64,000 bases of DNA from Narcine bancroftii. Its lineage: Eukaryota. Location: the NCBI RefSeq assembly GCF_036971445.1, contig NC_091482.1, positions 66,960,001-67,024,000 on the forward strand, given 5' to 3'. Shown in pieces: positions 37,895 to 50,660 of this stretch. Position 1 is the stretch's first letter; every line of letters starts with the position of its first letter. Below the pieces are notes generated by a model that saw nothing but the letters and a program-made list of their open reading frames with translations, did not search any database and was not told where the DNA came from. Made by a program: the position numbers and the translations under genes.

Positions 37895-38571
37895 ATCTTT
37901 AAGACAAATTTTTCTATTGGATTATCTTTTAATTGCAATAAAGCCCTTAGTACCTATGGAGATTGGTAGATGAAGACAAGTGTATTTTCCAGTTGTTTGA
38001 GACTTACTCTCATAATGCCTACCTAATACACCTGCATTAAGAATAAGCAGTTTTAAAAAAGACAAACACTGTACTTACACTAAACTTCATTTGCATGAAT
38101 AAATAAACCTTAAACCATTTTACTTTATCAGTCCCATTCTTTGAAAACATTTAACCGTCGCTGCATCTGCAGGTTCCTTGTCAGAAAGACTATCAATAAC
38201 ATTATATTGATCCAATCCTCCTCCCCAAAGTTTATAATAATATACTAATAAAGACTCTTTCTATGTAGGAACAGGAGACACTTCAAGAGAGTCGCCCCAA
38301 CGGCGAGTGGCATCAACCAGCTCTTCACTCTGGGCGACATCATCACTGTTTCACACAACTTTATCTAAACAGCTGCTACTAGCAAAGCTCAACCAAGGCC
38401 CTCCCTCCGCTGGCTGAATATTTGCTCCCATCTTCAAAGGTGTGTGTGTAACTTCAGAGAACATTTACAATTTTAAATTTGAGCATTTAAAAAATCTATT
38501 ATTTTATCCTTTAAAATTTATTTTCCTTATTTTGCCAGTTGCTTGAATTCCAGATACCAGGGGTTTTGCTG
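37895..38571 (-). mobile_element. Tigger-like non-autonomous element (long form)
   Basis: Reverse-oriented homolog of 57545-58191; ends CCAGATACCAGGGGTTTTGCTG-TA. Confidence 0.7.
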
Positions 38572-39299
38572 TACATAATGGACAGTAACTTGAATGATGC
38601 AATGGCATTCTAGAGAAAGTGACTTCATTTGATCCAAATAAGAGTCCTTATTTTCCAGGAGTCTCAAATTCAGATTAATTGCAAATACTGTTTCATGCAA
38701 TCTGAGGTCTCAAGATACAACTGGTTAAAATTTCCTTCCGAGCATGCTAGTCAACATACTTTGAATTATACCAGTATTCAAAAGCAAAATATTATTTTCA
38801 AAAATAAATGTGCATTTAAATCAACAACTTCCATCCTTTCCCTGAAACCATTCCATAGATGGACTAAGTGAAACTACAATAACTGTGTCTGCAGACTCTT
38901 AGCATTTCACTCTATTCATTCACCAAAATTTGGTTTGCCACAGTTTTCCATGTACCCTCCTCTTTGAGAATAAACAATACATTCTTGTTCTATTTTTCAA
39001 GACATGAACACAAGAAATGAGTAGGCCATCTGCATACTCCGTCAGATCTGCTCCGTCATTCAATGAGATCATGGCTGATCTGATGATAGGGTCATCTCCA
39101 TTTTCCCCACATCCCTCAATATGCTGAAATCTATCTATCCTTGTCTTACATCTATTTACTGAAGTTGCCTTCACTGCTTCATGGGAAGAGACCAGGTGAA
39201 GTGATTTATATTATCTAATCCCTATGAAATGTGGAGGAGTTATCATTTTACCCCATCCCTATCCTTTCTCAGCAAAATCATGTCTACTTTACAAATATA

Positions 39300-39590
39300 G
39301 TCATAGAACACTATAAGCACAGAAACGGGTCCCTTCGGCCCTTCTAGTCTGAGCTGAACCTTTTTTTCGTCTTGTCCCATTGACCTGTACCCAGTCAATA
39401 CCTCTCCCATCCACGTATCTGACCAAACTCTTCTTAAATTTTAAAATTGAGCCCGCATTCATCACCTCAGCTGGCAGCTCGTTCCACACTCCCACCACTC
39501 TCTGTGTGAGTAAGTTCCCCCTAACATTCCCTATAAACCTTTTTCCTTTCACTCTTAACCCATGTCCTCTGGCTTGCATCTCATCATTCT
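39300..39590 (-). mobile_element. CR1 LINE 3' end
   Basis: RGHGLRVKG...TQRVVGVWNELP translation; TTCTATGA-type tail. Confidence 0.85.
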
Positions 39591-41750
39591 CACCATAAAT
39601 CTGATTCACTAAAGAATCATAGTGGGAGCATCCTAGTCGTCAACGAGATGCAGAAATTAAACTTGAACACGTTCACTTTCAAAAGTGTATATCCTAGACG
39701 ATGTATTGCAAAATATCTAATATAGCAGGAGGGGCTGTCAATCACAAATGAACCAATATTGGTTGGTCTAGAAGGTTCATATCCAGATGCACATTTTGTT
39801 TTGCATTTCGCTTCATTTTTCCCCTCTGTGGACCGAGTGGTTCGTTGGTGGGTCAAAAAACCTGACATGCAACATTGAGTAGGCAAAGCTTTGCTGAATG
39901 AATTCAGCAGGTCAGGTAGAAATGGACAGTCAATGTTTCAGGTCTGAACCTTTTATTAGGACCAAGATAAATTGGGTAAAATTACATAAAGGTGGAAAGT
40001 ATATTAGGGAGGGGCTCAGGGGTGACAGTCAATAGGACAGGTGAGTGGTGGGGACAAGTAGAAAGACAAACCAGTCAGAAGAGGGTTGGGGAAAAAAACG
40101 AGATGGAAACAGTGGAATCTGATGAGGATGGGTATTACCAAAATTAGATAAATTATGCTGTTAGGTTTAAGGCTATCCAAGAGGAATACAATCTATTGCT
40201 CTTCTCGTTTACATTTGATCTCATCTGAAAATGGATGAAGTCACAGGCAAACGTGTCATTGCAGGAATAGCTGGGGGAGGGGGGGGGGGGAAAGAGTTGA
40301 AATGGTTGGATGGAGAAAGCACCAGTTTAGCCGTCGCCCGATTGCTGTTTTATCTCACCGATGTAGAGGTGGCCACGCCATGTGCAGTAGATTGTAGAGG
40401 GTGCATTAAAGCTCCATCTCACCTGGAAGGTTAAGTTTATGGCCCTGGCTGGAGGTTTTGCACTGTGATTACTATAGGAAGTGCCAAAGTGGGTGGAAGG
40501 GTGGGTGGGGGCATCTAACCTAATCTATATTTGATGTACTCAGTATGGCCTCCTCTACATTGTTGAGAATTACGCTTGTCCACAGCTTTGTTACTTCTTA
40601 AAGCTCTTGTTTACTAGCTCATATTGCATGAAAAGGCATGAACAGGTTTATTTCAAAAGCTGCAAATGGAACTGAACATGATTGTTCAGTTATTATTGAG
40701 TGCATCTATTTCAGACATTAAGATCTTAATGAAGTAGGCTATTGTTAACAATTTTAGCCAACTTCCTTGATGGCCCACATGATTTGATGGCTTGATGCCA
40801 ATGAGTCATTCACATACAAGGAGAAGAATTTCTACTGAGAATCAAAGAGCAGGCATTCAGTGAGGTGGGTTTTTTTTTTAAAAAGAGCATTGAATTGATT
40901 AATTAAACAGCCAGGTCCATGATAGGCTGAATTCAATTAGTGGACCTCTGAAAACAAGCCACAAATGGAATTTATTTTAATTTTGTTTTTAGTGCCACTC
41001 TAACAGCTCAAAACATAGCTACAGAATCAAAATCTGCAGATTCTGGAATCTTACACCAACGATGAACCCAGCAGGTCTGATAATACCCATGGGCAGAAAC
41101 AGTCTGTCAATGTTTGGGTCTGGACTCTTCATCGAGAAATGTAGCAGTGTCTGGAACAAAAATAATCAGCCACACAAATGAACTGTTCTTGCAGCCAGAC
41201 ATTAATAAACTGATTGAAGACTGGTTTCTAGGAATGAAAGAATGATAACAGCAAAGGAGGCAGTCATTTGGCCCACAGTATATTCTGAGGCTCTTTGTAA
41301 AAACAATTCCACTATTTTCACTCTCCCACCCTCTCCCCAAGGAGCAGGAAACGTTTGCCTTTGAGACACTTATCCTGTTTTCTTTCAAATTTGGCTCAAT
41401 AGTCTTTGCTGCAAATGCCAAACACTCGGTGGGTAAAACGGTTCATCCTGAACCTTTTTATACTTTTGCCAATAGTTTTAATTCTGCATCCTTTTGGACT
41501 CAGAAAACAATTTTTATCCACCCTCTACACAATTCATATTTTAACAGGCAGGTCCTCTCTCAACTCTTCTCCAGAGCAGTTTCCGCAGTCTGTCTACATA
41601 ACTGAAGTTCCTGTTCCCAGCAATTATTTTTGCAAGTTTCTATTAGAATCACTAAAAGTGCGGTGTTCAGATTAGAATATTCAAATTAATTTAAATGATC
41701 ACTGAATACCTTTGCAAGTTTAAGTGACGCTGGAAAATTCCAAGTCGTAC

Positions 41751-41885
41751 CTGCTATATTTCACATCAAACACTGTGGCATCTTCCTCGTCCTCGTCCTC
41801 TTCATTAAGTGGTGTCATTTCCACTTTCTCCGCGGGTGTTGTAATAATGTCATATTTCCTTGTTTTCCTAAATTTTCTTCTGGAC
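41751..41885 (-). CDS. FAM174B: FAM174B exon 2 (cytoplasmic tail, DUF1180)
   Basis: ctcAG acceptor, AG|GTACGA donor, 135 bp; [45 protein letters not shown], near-identical to recalled FAM174B. Confidence 0.93.
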
Positions 41886-44089
41886 CTGAGAACAAGGGCA
41901 ACGCTGAACAATTACTAAAGAGCTTGACACACCGGTCAGGTTCAAAAAATTCCACGAAAGCCACGGCCGACAGAGGAATAGCACATGGTGGGAGGCCGTG
42001 CAATGCCAACCAATCACAGTACTGACTGACAGAGTCAGTGATTCAAAATTACTTAACTAGGACCAAAACTTGCAGTTCAGGTTGTTGATAAATTTTCTTG
42101 CTGATGTCATCAACTAGAAAAGATAAGGGGGTAAGAAAACACAGAAGTAAGGTCACATAGCCTAATTTGTCCAAGGAATAGGTGGAAGTTGGCTCTTTAA
42201 CAAAGGGAGAATAGGGTCAGTGGTGGGAATGCTTGCGGGTAAATATCAAGAGATCAACTAGAAAAAGACCAGAAGTTCCACCCAATTGTCACCCAGTTAC
42301 AAATGTCCCAGGACTTTCTCCACAATATTATACTGTTGTATCAGCACTGGAAAAGCAGGCTCCCTATCAGTCATATTATTAGGTATTAGATAAAGCCTGC
42401 AAAAGAAATTAACTATGTTTGCATGGATTCATATTTTTATGAATTATGCAAGAAATATTCTTGACCTTCTGAAGATTAATTTTGGTATTGTGACCAGCTC
42501 TACACCAAAATTTATCTTCACTACACAGTGAACTCTAATATTTTCAAGTGTCTCCTCTTCATTGACCATCAACCGGTGCGGACTCAAAAGGCCAACATGG
42601 CCTGTTTCCGTCAAAGGTTATATGGTTAACACAGGCACACTTCAAGGATGCATGCTTCACCCAGTGCACTATCCTCTCTCCACCCATGACCGTGTGACAA
42701 TGCACAATTCAATTAGCCATGCCAAGAAAGATCTGAAAAATGTTTGGACAATTTGCTTACATGACCTAATTATGGCACACAAGGAGTATGAATACATTTA
42801 TAACCAGGCAAGAAAATAGTCTGTTGTTTATTTGTGGCATTTGAAAAGAATTGGCTATATTAGACAAATTTTTAAATGTTCATCAGGTGCCTTGACTGAA
42901 GTAAGATGGGGCTTAAAATCTAAATTAACATTTTATTGACAACTGCTTTGAATCTCAGGGTTGTCTGTGATGCCATACATGTACTTTAACAATAAACTGA
43001 ACTTTAAAAGGGTGGGGAAATTTGCATTCTCCTCTCTTCAAATAGTGAACTCAATGGCTCAAAGTGGTAACATTCTATAGCCAATTAAAATGCCTCAAGC
43101 ATGACAGAGGTGAACTGAGCGGTGAAGCTACATCTTGACTGGATGAGGGAATGACCCCCAAATTTATCAAATCTCCACTGCTCATGGCCAATTCATCCAC
43201 AAACACAACTTTAAAAATATTTTCATTTTTGGAGACCTGGATTTGCTAGAACTTCCAACTGTCATTACAATGGGATTTAGCTTTGTGTTTCTGGATCACC
43301 AAACCACGACACGACACTACCAACACACCCAGCTAAAAGTAATCAACAATCTGGGGCAGCTGTGACGAACAGCCAACTTGTCCAAATCTTTCACAATACA
43401 ACTTATTGGTGCCATTCTCAGATGAAGAATTTGATTCTTTGAATGCATAATAAAAAGTACTTGCCGGTATTATGCCTCTACAATATTGTAAGCATTACAG
43501 GTATTTACAATTCTGTAATTATCAAAACTATAATTGCTGTCTAAATGTTTTCTGGAAACTTGTCAGACTCTAATGACCATCTCTTCAAACAGGAGTAGTA
43601 ACACATTTATCACTAAATTACAGAAGCCCTGCTGAGTCACACTTCAATTATAAAATTCTCCCCACATGCCCCTTTGCCCTCACTTGCACAACTTGATTTG
43701 CAACGATACTGCCTTCCTGTCCTGATTATTCAGAACTTCAAAAACAAGCACTGGCAGGCATGCTGCTGGGTGTCAAGACTGGGGAGTTTTAGATTGCCCT
43801 CTCTAATTCTTACCACCTCCAAGACATTCCTTCAAACCTCTCACCATCCTCTGGAACAAATTTGCAATGGAAAGGCAAATCCTGGAATTTGGATCAGCAA
43901 GTGAAAAATAACATTATGCCATGCAAAGAATCAGCTATTCGGGATAAACACACAAAAAACTTGGCTCTTGATAGCTAGAAACTTTTCCCCAGGATCAATA
44001 ACAATATTTACATCAGAAGATGGAATTTTGCCTGACAAGGTTGCACATACACATGTGTGAGTGATATATGGGTCTTCAATGGACCAACT

Positions 44090-44530
44090 CCCCTCCCACT
44101 TCTCACTCCTCCACAGCATCTCCCACCCACTGTCTCTCTCCTCCTCCCACCACAACCTTGCACCATGCCCAAGCCCACACACCCTACTACCACAATCAAC
44201 CAGCCCAGACAAACCCCAACCCACCCCTTCACTCCCCCACCCTTCACCTCACCACCCCTCCCCTCTTCTACCCCTTCCATCGCCCCACTCACTCATTCCC
44301 CCATCTTACCCTCCCCTACGTCTCCTCGTTTCCATCTCAGCCCCCACCCACCTACCCACCCACCCTCTCAGCCCCCCACCCACCTACCCTCTCTGCCCCC
44401 CTCCACCTACCCTCTCTGCCCCCCTCCACCCCTCCCTCCCACCTACCCTCCCACCCTCTCAGCCCCCCCCCCTGCCCCCTACCCTCCCACCCTCTCAGCC
44501 CCCCCCTCCCTGCCCCCCCCCCCCCCCCCG
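44090..44530. repeat. C-rich low-complexity tract at the start of FAM174B intron 1
   Basis: Repeated CCTACCCTCCCACCCTCTCAGCCCCC-like units and poly-C. Confidence 0.85.
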
Positions 44531-44537
44531 ACGTTAC

Positions 44538-44815
44538 CTGAACACTTTGACCAACAGGCATAGGACCATGAGGAGAACCGCGGCGCAGGACGCCAGCACC
44601 AGGCCCTCCAGGGCGGGGAACTGGCGCAACATGGAGATGACGCTGCCGAAGGCCTTGGTCACCGAGGAGGCGGCGGCGGCCGAGTCGTTGCGCCGCGGGC
44701 TGGTGCGGTTGGACGGCGCCGGGGACTCGGCGACCTGCACGTCCGACGGCCACGGCGCCGCGGGCCATAGCAGCGCCAGGCCCAGGAGCACCAAGGGACT
44801 CCGCCAGCGACACAT
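44538..44815 (-). CDS. FAM174B: FAM174B exon 1 (signal peptide, short ectodomain, transmembrane helix)
   Basis: ATG at 44815; hydrophobic leader, N-glycosylation sequons NRT and NDS, TM LVLASCAAVLLMVLCLLVKVFR; donor AG|GTAACG, phase 2 matches exon 2; CpG-rich. Confidence 0.9.
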
Positions 44816-44819
44816 AGCC

Positions 44820-45035
44820 GTCTCCGAGGCCCGGGCGGCTGCTCCCCTCAGCCCCAGCTACCCGCCCCGCCCCCTTCTCCCACCATTGGCTCAGCCCCCT
44901 GTCCATCCAGGGGGCACCCCATCGGCGATAGGTCAGTTATGATGCCAATCACATTGCCCCTGACCAAGGCAGACTCTACATTTAGTGATTGGCTGATCCC
45001 CGACCGTCAATCAAATGACTTTCCCCGCCCCAAAG
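44820..45035. promoter_or_regulatory. Probable FAM174B promoter with GC boxes and CCAAT boxes
   Basis: CCCGCCCCGCCCC near 44861; ATTGG near 44885; CCAAT near 44945; ATTGG near 44988; CCCCGCCCC near 45022. Confidence 0.65.
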
Positions 45036-45785
45036 CAGGGTGTTCAGACCCATTAAACAGGTTCCAATTTATTTTCTGACTCGGTCTTCCATTTTAATGC
45101 AAGTCAGGAGGTCGAAGTTATCCAGAGCACTCCAGATAGGGTCACCTGGGGGGGAGACTCAGCAGGTCAAACCGTGTACCTTGTCCATCGCTGCAAAACT
45201 TTCAGGTTTCTTTCTTCTCCATTGCAAGACTCTGCGAACTCTCTTGAAGATTTGCATCTTTGCTGTTTGAACTTCATTCAGGGTGTTTGCAGATTTTCGT
45301 GTTTTACCCCATAGAATTGAGGAAAGGTCGCCAATAATTGCTGTTTGATTGGCTCCATCGACTTGCCTGAGATATTGGATATTCCTTCTCCTTCCTTTAA
45401 TTGCCCCCCCCCCCACCCACTTTCATACGGAATATTAACGTGTACATCCATGTAACTGTTTGCTGGCCTAAAACTGGCTGAAATTTTCCTCCACCCTCGT
45501 TATAACAATGAGCAAACAGCTCCTCTAGATACGCCCGTCTTCTTCAAACTTTTGCATAGTTTCCATGCAATGCCTTTTTTAACCTGCTGAGCAGATTGTC
45601 TAGTATCTATTTACAATTTATTTTTTTTTGCACTTGGGTTCTTCCCTCTATCCCCGGGCGACGGTCGGACACGAAAGGTGCTGGAGAGCCTGCAATGCCC
45701 AGCGCAGGGAGCTCAGTGACGTATTTGGTCAGGGGGAGCTTCTGCGCTTGCGTGAGTGGCAATTTGACTGGGGGAGAGAGAGAGA

Positions 45786-46220
45786 GAGCGGGCCGAGGCG
45801 GACCGTGCGCAGGCGTGGAGGGGGGAGAGAGAGCGGGCCGAGGCTGACAGTGCGCAGGCGTGAAGGGGGGAGAGCGCGGGCCGAGGCTGACAGTGCGCAG
45901 GCGTGGAGGGGGGGGGGAAGAGCGCGGGCCGAGGCTGACAGTGCGCAAGCGTGGAGGGGGCTGAGCGCGCGGGCCGAGGCTGACAATGCGCGGGCCGTGC
46001 ACAGGCGTGGAGGGGGAGAGCGCGGGCCGAGGCTAATAGTGCGCAGGCGTGGAAGGCGGAGGGGGGGGGGGGGGGGGGGTTGAGCGTGGCCGAGGCTGAT
46101 AGTGCGCAGGCGCCGGCCGAGGCGGGCCGTGCGCAGGCGTGAGAGGGGGGGGGGAGAGCGCGGGCCGAGGCTGACAGTGCGCAGGCGCCGGCCGTGCGCA
46201 GGCGTGGAGGGAAGAGCGCA
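45786..46220. repeat. GC-rich minisatellite (about 40-45-bp units) upstream of CTC1
   Basis: About 9-10 units of GAGCGCGGGCCGAGGCTGACAGTGCGCAGGCGTGGAGGGGG. Confidence 0.9.
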
Positions 46221-46335
46221 GAGGATGATGGCGCGCATTTAATTCGTATTGAGTCCTTTTTCCTTTAATTTCCCCCTCTCGGCTTTCATACGGATTATTA
46301 ACGTGTGCATCCACAGTTAAGATGCTTTAGGTGGC

Positions 46336-46377
46336 ATGGAGGAGTTTGTGGCAGAGTTTGGAGAGCTCAGCAACGCT
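46336..46377 (+). CDS. CTC1: CTC1 first coding exon
   Basis: GGCATGG Kozak context; MEEFVAEFGELSNA then GTGAGT donor; phase 0 joins 47793. Confidence 0.75.
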
Positions 46378-47792
46378 GTGAGTCCTATTCTCTCGGTCCG
46401 GATGAACCCAGTTGCCGTTTTGAATTGATGTCCTGGTTTAATTGTCGGATTAGGAACGTGCAATCTGGTTCATTCAGGTGCAGACGCGTGGTAGCACTAA
46501 ACCGGTGTGGTACAGGCCCTTCGGCCCACAATCTTGTTCCGACCTAGGGAACAATCTCAACTCCCCCCCACTTTCACCCAGAACCCTCTGATGGGCCTGT
46601 CAAAGAGTTTGGATGCACAAACGTGCTGGAGGAGCTCAGCAGGTCACACAGCGTCCATAAGAGGTAAAGATACCTGACCACGTTTCGGGCCGGGGTCGGA
46701 CGACCATCTCAGAGCCTGCAGGCGTTTTGGATTCAATTTTAAATGTCTTTATTGTAACACCCTCCACCACTCTCTGGGTTTAAACCCCCCCCTCCCCACC
46801 TCTGACAAGTTTCCTCCATTCACTTTAAACAGATGCCTTCTGGTCTTTACTATTCTCGCCTCTCATAATCTGATATACCTGGAGAATAAATGTCTGTAAT
46901 TATATTTCCCCATGCTACTTCCAGGAAGATATTAAAACAAAACATCAATTGATTTATGACGATCGATGAATGGGATTGCAGTCCTTATCCTGGATGACTC
47001 CGAACTCCTTTCTAAAAGAGTATTTCAGGGGACCCAAAGTCGCTGCTTGACCCACTGAATTCGTATCGCAGTTTGTTCTGCACTTCAAAGTCATTGAGTC
47101 TGATGTGAAAGGAGTGAAGGTCAGGAAAGCTGCTTCGATACAAGTTGAAAGATCTGCGCAGAAAATGTTGTTCAAATCATGGGATTAAATTATTCAGTCA
47201 ATCCAGTCCATGACAACCTTCAGAGTATTCCCAAGTTTCACCTCCTTGGTGCACAAGAAATATTAGAGCTATCATGATACACCTGTATTAAATAGATTTC
47301 AGATTTATTGTTATAACATGACATCTCATTCAACCCTGAGATTCATTTTTCCTGCAGGCGTGGCAGAATTACCACTAATTAGTACTGCAAAAATAAACTA
47401 CACAATGTGAACATGTAAAGAAATAAAAGAACTAAATAGATAACAAATGTCATCTATCAAAGCTATAATGTGTAGATAGTTATAGTATACATCTTACCAT
47501 TCCCATATTAGGGACTAAGCAATTATTAAATTTGATGCCAAATCCTTTGTAGAGATGGAATGGATTCAATGCATGAGATTGCAGCATGTGAGGTGGGTGC
47601 ATGCTTATGTACCTTGTGAATGTACATTTAATACTTTGTGTCTGCATGAATGATAAAATATTGAATTAAAAAAGCCTGATTAGGTTTATGCTTGTGGGTT
47701 ATATGGCTATACTGTGTCAAGATTGCTACACTTTTGCAGGAGTAGTTTTATATTGGTTGTGAATTGGTTTTATTTCTTGCATTGCCTTGCAG

Positions 47793-47980
47793 AATGTTGA
47801 GTGGCTCCAGAATTTGTACAGGTTTACAGAAGAGAATATTGTTCCTGAGGTGCATTCTGAAATCACTTGCAAGGAGCTGAGTAGCTGTCTTTTTAACTGC
47901 TTGTACAGGGTTTGCCTCAATTGCAAATATCCCTGTTGCCAACAAGGAAAAGATGGACTTACTCTTCCTTTAAATTACAA
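47793..47980 (+). CDS. CTC1: CTC1 coding exon 2
   Basis: tgcAG / GTAAGT; NVEWLQNLYRF...LPLNY resembles human EQAWL...LPLSYS. Confidence 0.88.
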
Positions 47981-48711
47981 GTAAGTGACAAATCAAGTTT
48001 TTTGGCATAGTGGTTTCAATTAAAAAGCATTTTCTGCATGCCAAAACTGTTTTTAATCAAATACATTCATGTAATTTTGGAATCAATGGCAGCTATTACA
48101 GATTCCAAATTTAAGAGCATTTATTTTAAACTGTGATGCTTGAATTTGAATGTTGGGGCTGGCTTTCATTCATCTCTGCTTGTTGATGTGAACTTGGCTC
48201 CAATTTTGTCAGTGTGGTTGTGAAGCTCTTCAGCAAAATATATTTATGTGCAGGGAAGATTCTTTCAAGCCTTGTTCTGAGTCATCTGTTCTAATAGCTC
48301 CTTTTCATTTGAAAATGTTTCTGTGAATTACCTGAGCATGTTTTACGAATTTAAGGTCTGAAGTAAATGCAGGTTATTTTCATCATAATCCCTCTATTCA
48401 TGAGACATGGACCATTTAAGTACTAATTTAATGGGTTGACGAAGCATCCATGTGTGAGGATAAATCATTTGAATGTGTGGCATCCTTCGTGTGTATTTAT
48501 CATTGCAAATTGTAAAACCTCTAATTCAGAGGGATGTGATTTTCATAATTTTTGGATTAAAATGGAAAGAAGCTGTTGATTTTTCACTAAAATAGGCAGA
48601 GGTGGTAAGACTTGAATTATTTAAGTGCTTTTGAAAGCTTGCATATCAGTTGTCACATTGATTTTTTGATTGGTTCCATTTACTTAGTGACTGAAGATAC
48701 TTCTATTGCAG

Positions 48712-48973
48712 ATTTGTCTCTCTCTCTGAGCTACAATCACAGAAGATCCCATGTTGGAGTAATCTAACATGGAACACTAGGGAACTCGAGCAGTGGACCC
48801 TGGACAAAGAAAGCTTTCTAATGAATCACAAGGCACTCAGTCGCACAAACTTACTGTTGTGTGGTTTCCTGACAGACAAGATTCCTATTACTCAGGGTAC
48901 TTCAGAGAGTTCAGGATCACAGAGTGATGGAACTGTGTATCTTCGGGGCAAGAATGTATTCATTCCTTGTGAG
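48712..48973 (+). CDS. CTC1: CTC1 coding exon 3
   Basis: tgcAG / GTAAAG; FVSLSELQSQKIPCWSNLTW...LLLCGFLTD...DGTVYLRG...IPCE. Confidence 0.92.
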
Positions 48974-49539
48974 GTAAAGGGATATAAAAATCTAATTGGT
49001 TGAAAATATGCTGCAGACTTGATTTGCAGCAAATTACGTTGGTGTCTTATGACATAGATGAGGTAGAAGCAGGGAATTTATAACCAATAGTATGACAAAC
49101 TAGAACTGTCAATTAGAGCCTCAGGGTTCATGCATAGATTTAGGGCAGAGATAAGGAACTACTTTTCCCAAAGAGTAGCGAATCTGCGGAATTCTCTGCC
49201 CAAGGAAGCAGTATAGGCTGCTTCATTAAATATATTTAAGACATAGTTGTACTGTTTTTAGTGTAGTTGGAGTATATAGTGTAGTTGTAGTATTAGAGCC
49301 AGCACCTCCAGGCTGAGGAACAGCTTCTTCCCAAAGGAACTGCTCATATTAACCATCTGGGACTCTCAGTCACAAAACAATATAATTTTATTTTGTTTAG
49401 TATATATATGAATACCTATGATTGTCTGCATTTGTGTTATGTCTGGCTGTGTATCTGCGTGTTTTGCACCAAAGACTGGAGAACGCTGTTTTGTCAGGTT
49501 GTACTAGTGTAATCAATGACAATAAACTCGAGGTAGCAC

Positions 49540-49770
49540 TTGAAAGTCTGCAGACACACTGTGTTTGAAGTCAAACCACAATTCTGGAGAAACTCAGCAG
49601 GTCAAACAGTGTACCTTATGTAGCAAATATAAAGATACAATAACCAACATTTGGGGCTTGAGCTCTCCTTCAAGGGATGAACAAGGTTTTCATCCCTTGA
49701 TGAAGGGCTCAAGCCCAAAACATTGCTCGTATATCTTTTTCGTTGCTATATAAAGTACACTGTTGGACAA
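49540..49770. mobile_element. Penelope-like repeat arranged as an inverted pair
   Basis: CTGGAGAAACTCAGCAGGTCA family (more than 10 copies in the window); arms at about 49601-49681 and 49689-49768. Confidence 0.6.
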
Positions 49771-49927
49771 TAAACTTGATTTAAAGGGTTATGGGGGGGA
49801 AAAAGCAGGTTGTTGGAGCTGAGTCAATGGATGAATAAGGCCTGACCTTTTTAAATAGCTGACTCCTGCTCTGATTTATCTCTTTATTTATTTATGATCT
49901 TGTAGTCATGATATAATTTCTGTCCAG

Positions 49928-50157
49928 GTTCTCCAACTGGATCTGCAAAGTCTGGAACATTTAGTACTATTTCCAAGCTGGAGTTACATTCCTCTGAGCG
50001 TTGCAAGACGGAGACCCAATGGGATAGAAGCTGGCTATCTTGAAATAACTGAAACACCTTACCATGTGCTTCCAAAACAGTCATTTGGCAACCTTTGGGG
50101 ACCAAGCCCCTTGAATGTGTTACTGCCTGATGTAGCTATTCATCTCTTGGACAAAGG
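49928..50157 (+). CDS. CTC1: CTC1 coding exon 4
   Basis: tccAG / GTAAGA; VLQLDLQSLEHLVLFPSWSYIP...GYLEI resembles human LDLSWLGHLFLFPRWSYLP...GHLEL. Confidence 0.92.
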
Positions 50158-50619
50158 GTAAGATCTGCTCAGAGAAATATTTTATCATGATGGAGCCACT
50201 CTGATAAGGAGGCATTCTAAATGTTAATCTTGAGGCTTTTCCACTCATTTTGTGGCATTTGTAATACCTTTTATGCACCTTGCTTGCAAAAATTGATTTT
50301 TAATGCAAATTACATTATGTAGTTGCTTTTGAAAGACCACTTATTTGATGTATTTTTTAAAAAGTCAATTGTTCATGACATTCCTCTGATTGGTTGACAT
50401 ACTGATCCTTTTTCTACACAAATATTCATGACTTTTATATAATTTAGACATTTTTTACTCTCCTTCCATCCAGTAGGCTCTCCAGGAGCCTCTGTTCTTT
50501 CCTGAGGCTGTGACCCTGCTGAACTTTCTATCACAGCACTGAGCAGTATTGCACCCATATTGTACTGTCATTACTTTTTAACTTGTTTATTTGCAGTTAC
50601 TTGCAGTTATTTGCAGATT

Positions 50620-50660
50620 CATAAATCTTCGTCCGCGAAGCCAAGCCAAAGAAGAAGAAG
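50620..50660 (+). mobile_element. Ultra-short RTE 3' tail insertion
   Basis: CATAAATCTTCGTCCGCGAAGCCAAGCCAAAGAA identical to about 1045-1078; (GAA)n tail; TSD ATTTGCAGTTACTTG. Confidence 0.85.

Noticed and set aside
44057-44942. Long Pro-rich ORFs of 157-293 aa
   Set aside because: Products of the C-rich low-complexity tract and the antisense of FAM174B exon 1
45596-46314. Several Arg/Ala/Pro-rich ORFs
   Set aside because: Translations of the GC-rich minisatellite with no recognisable domain
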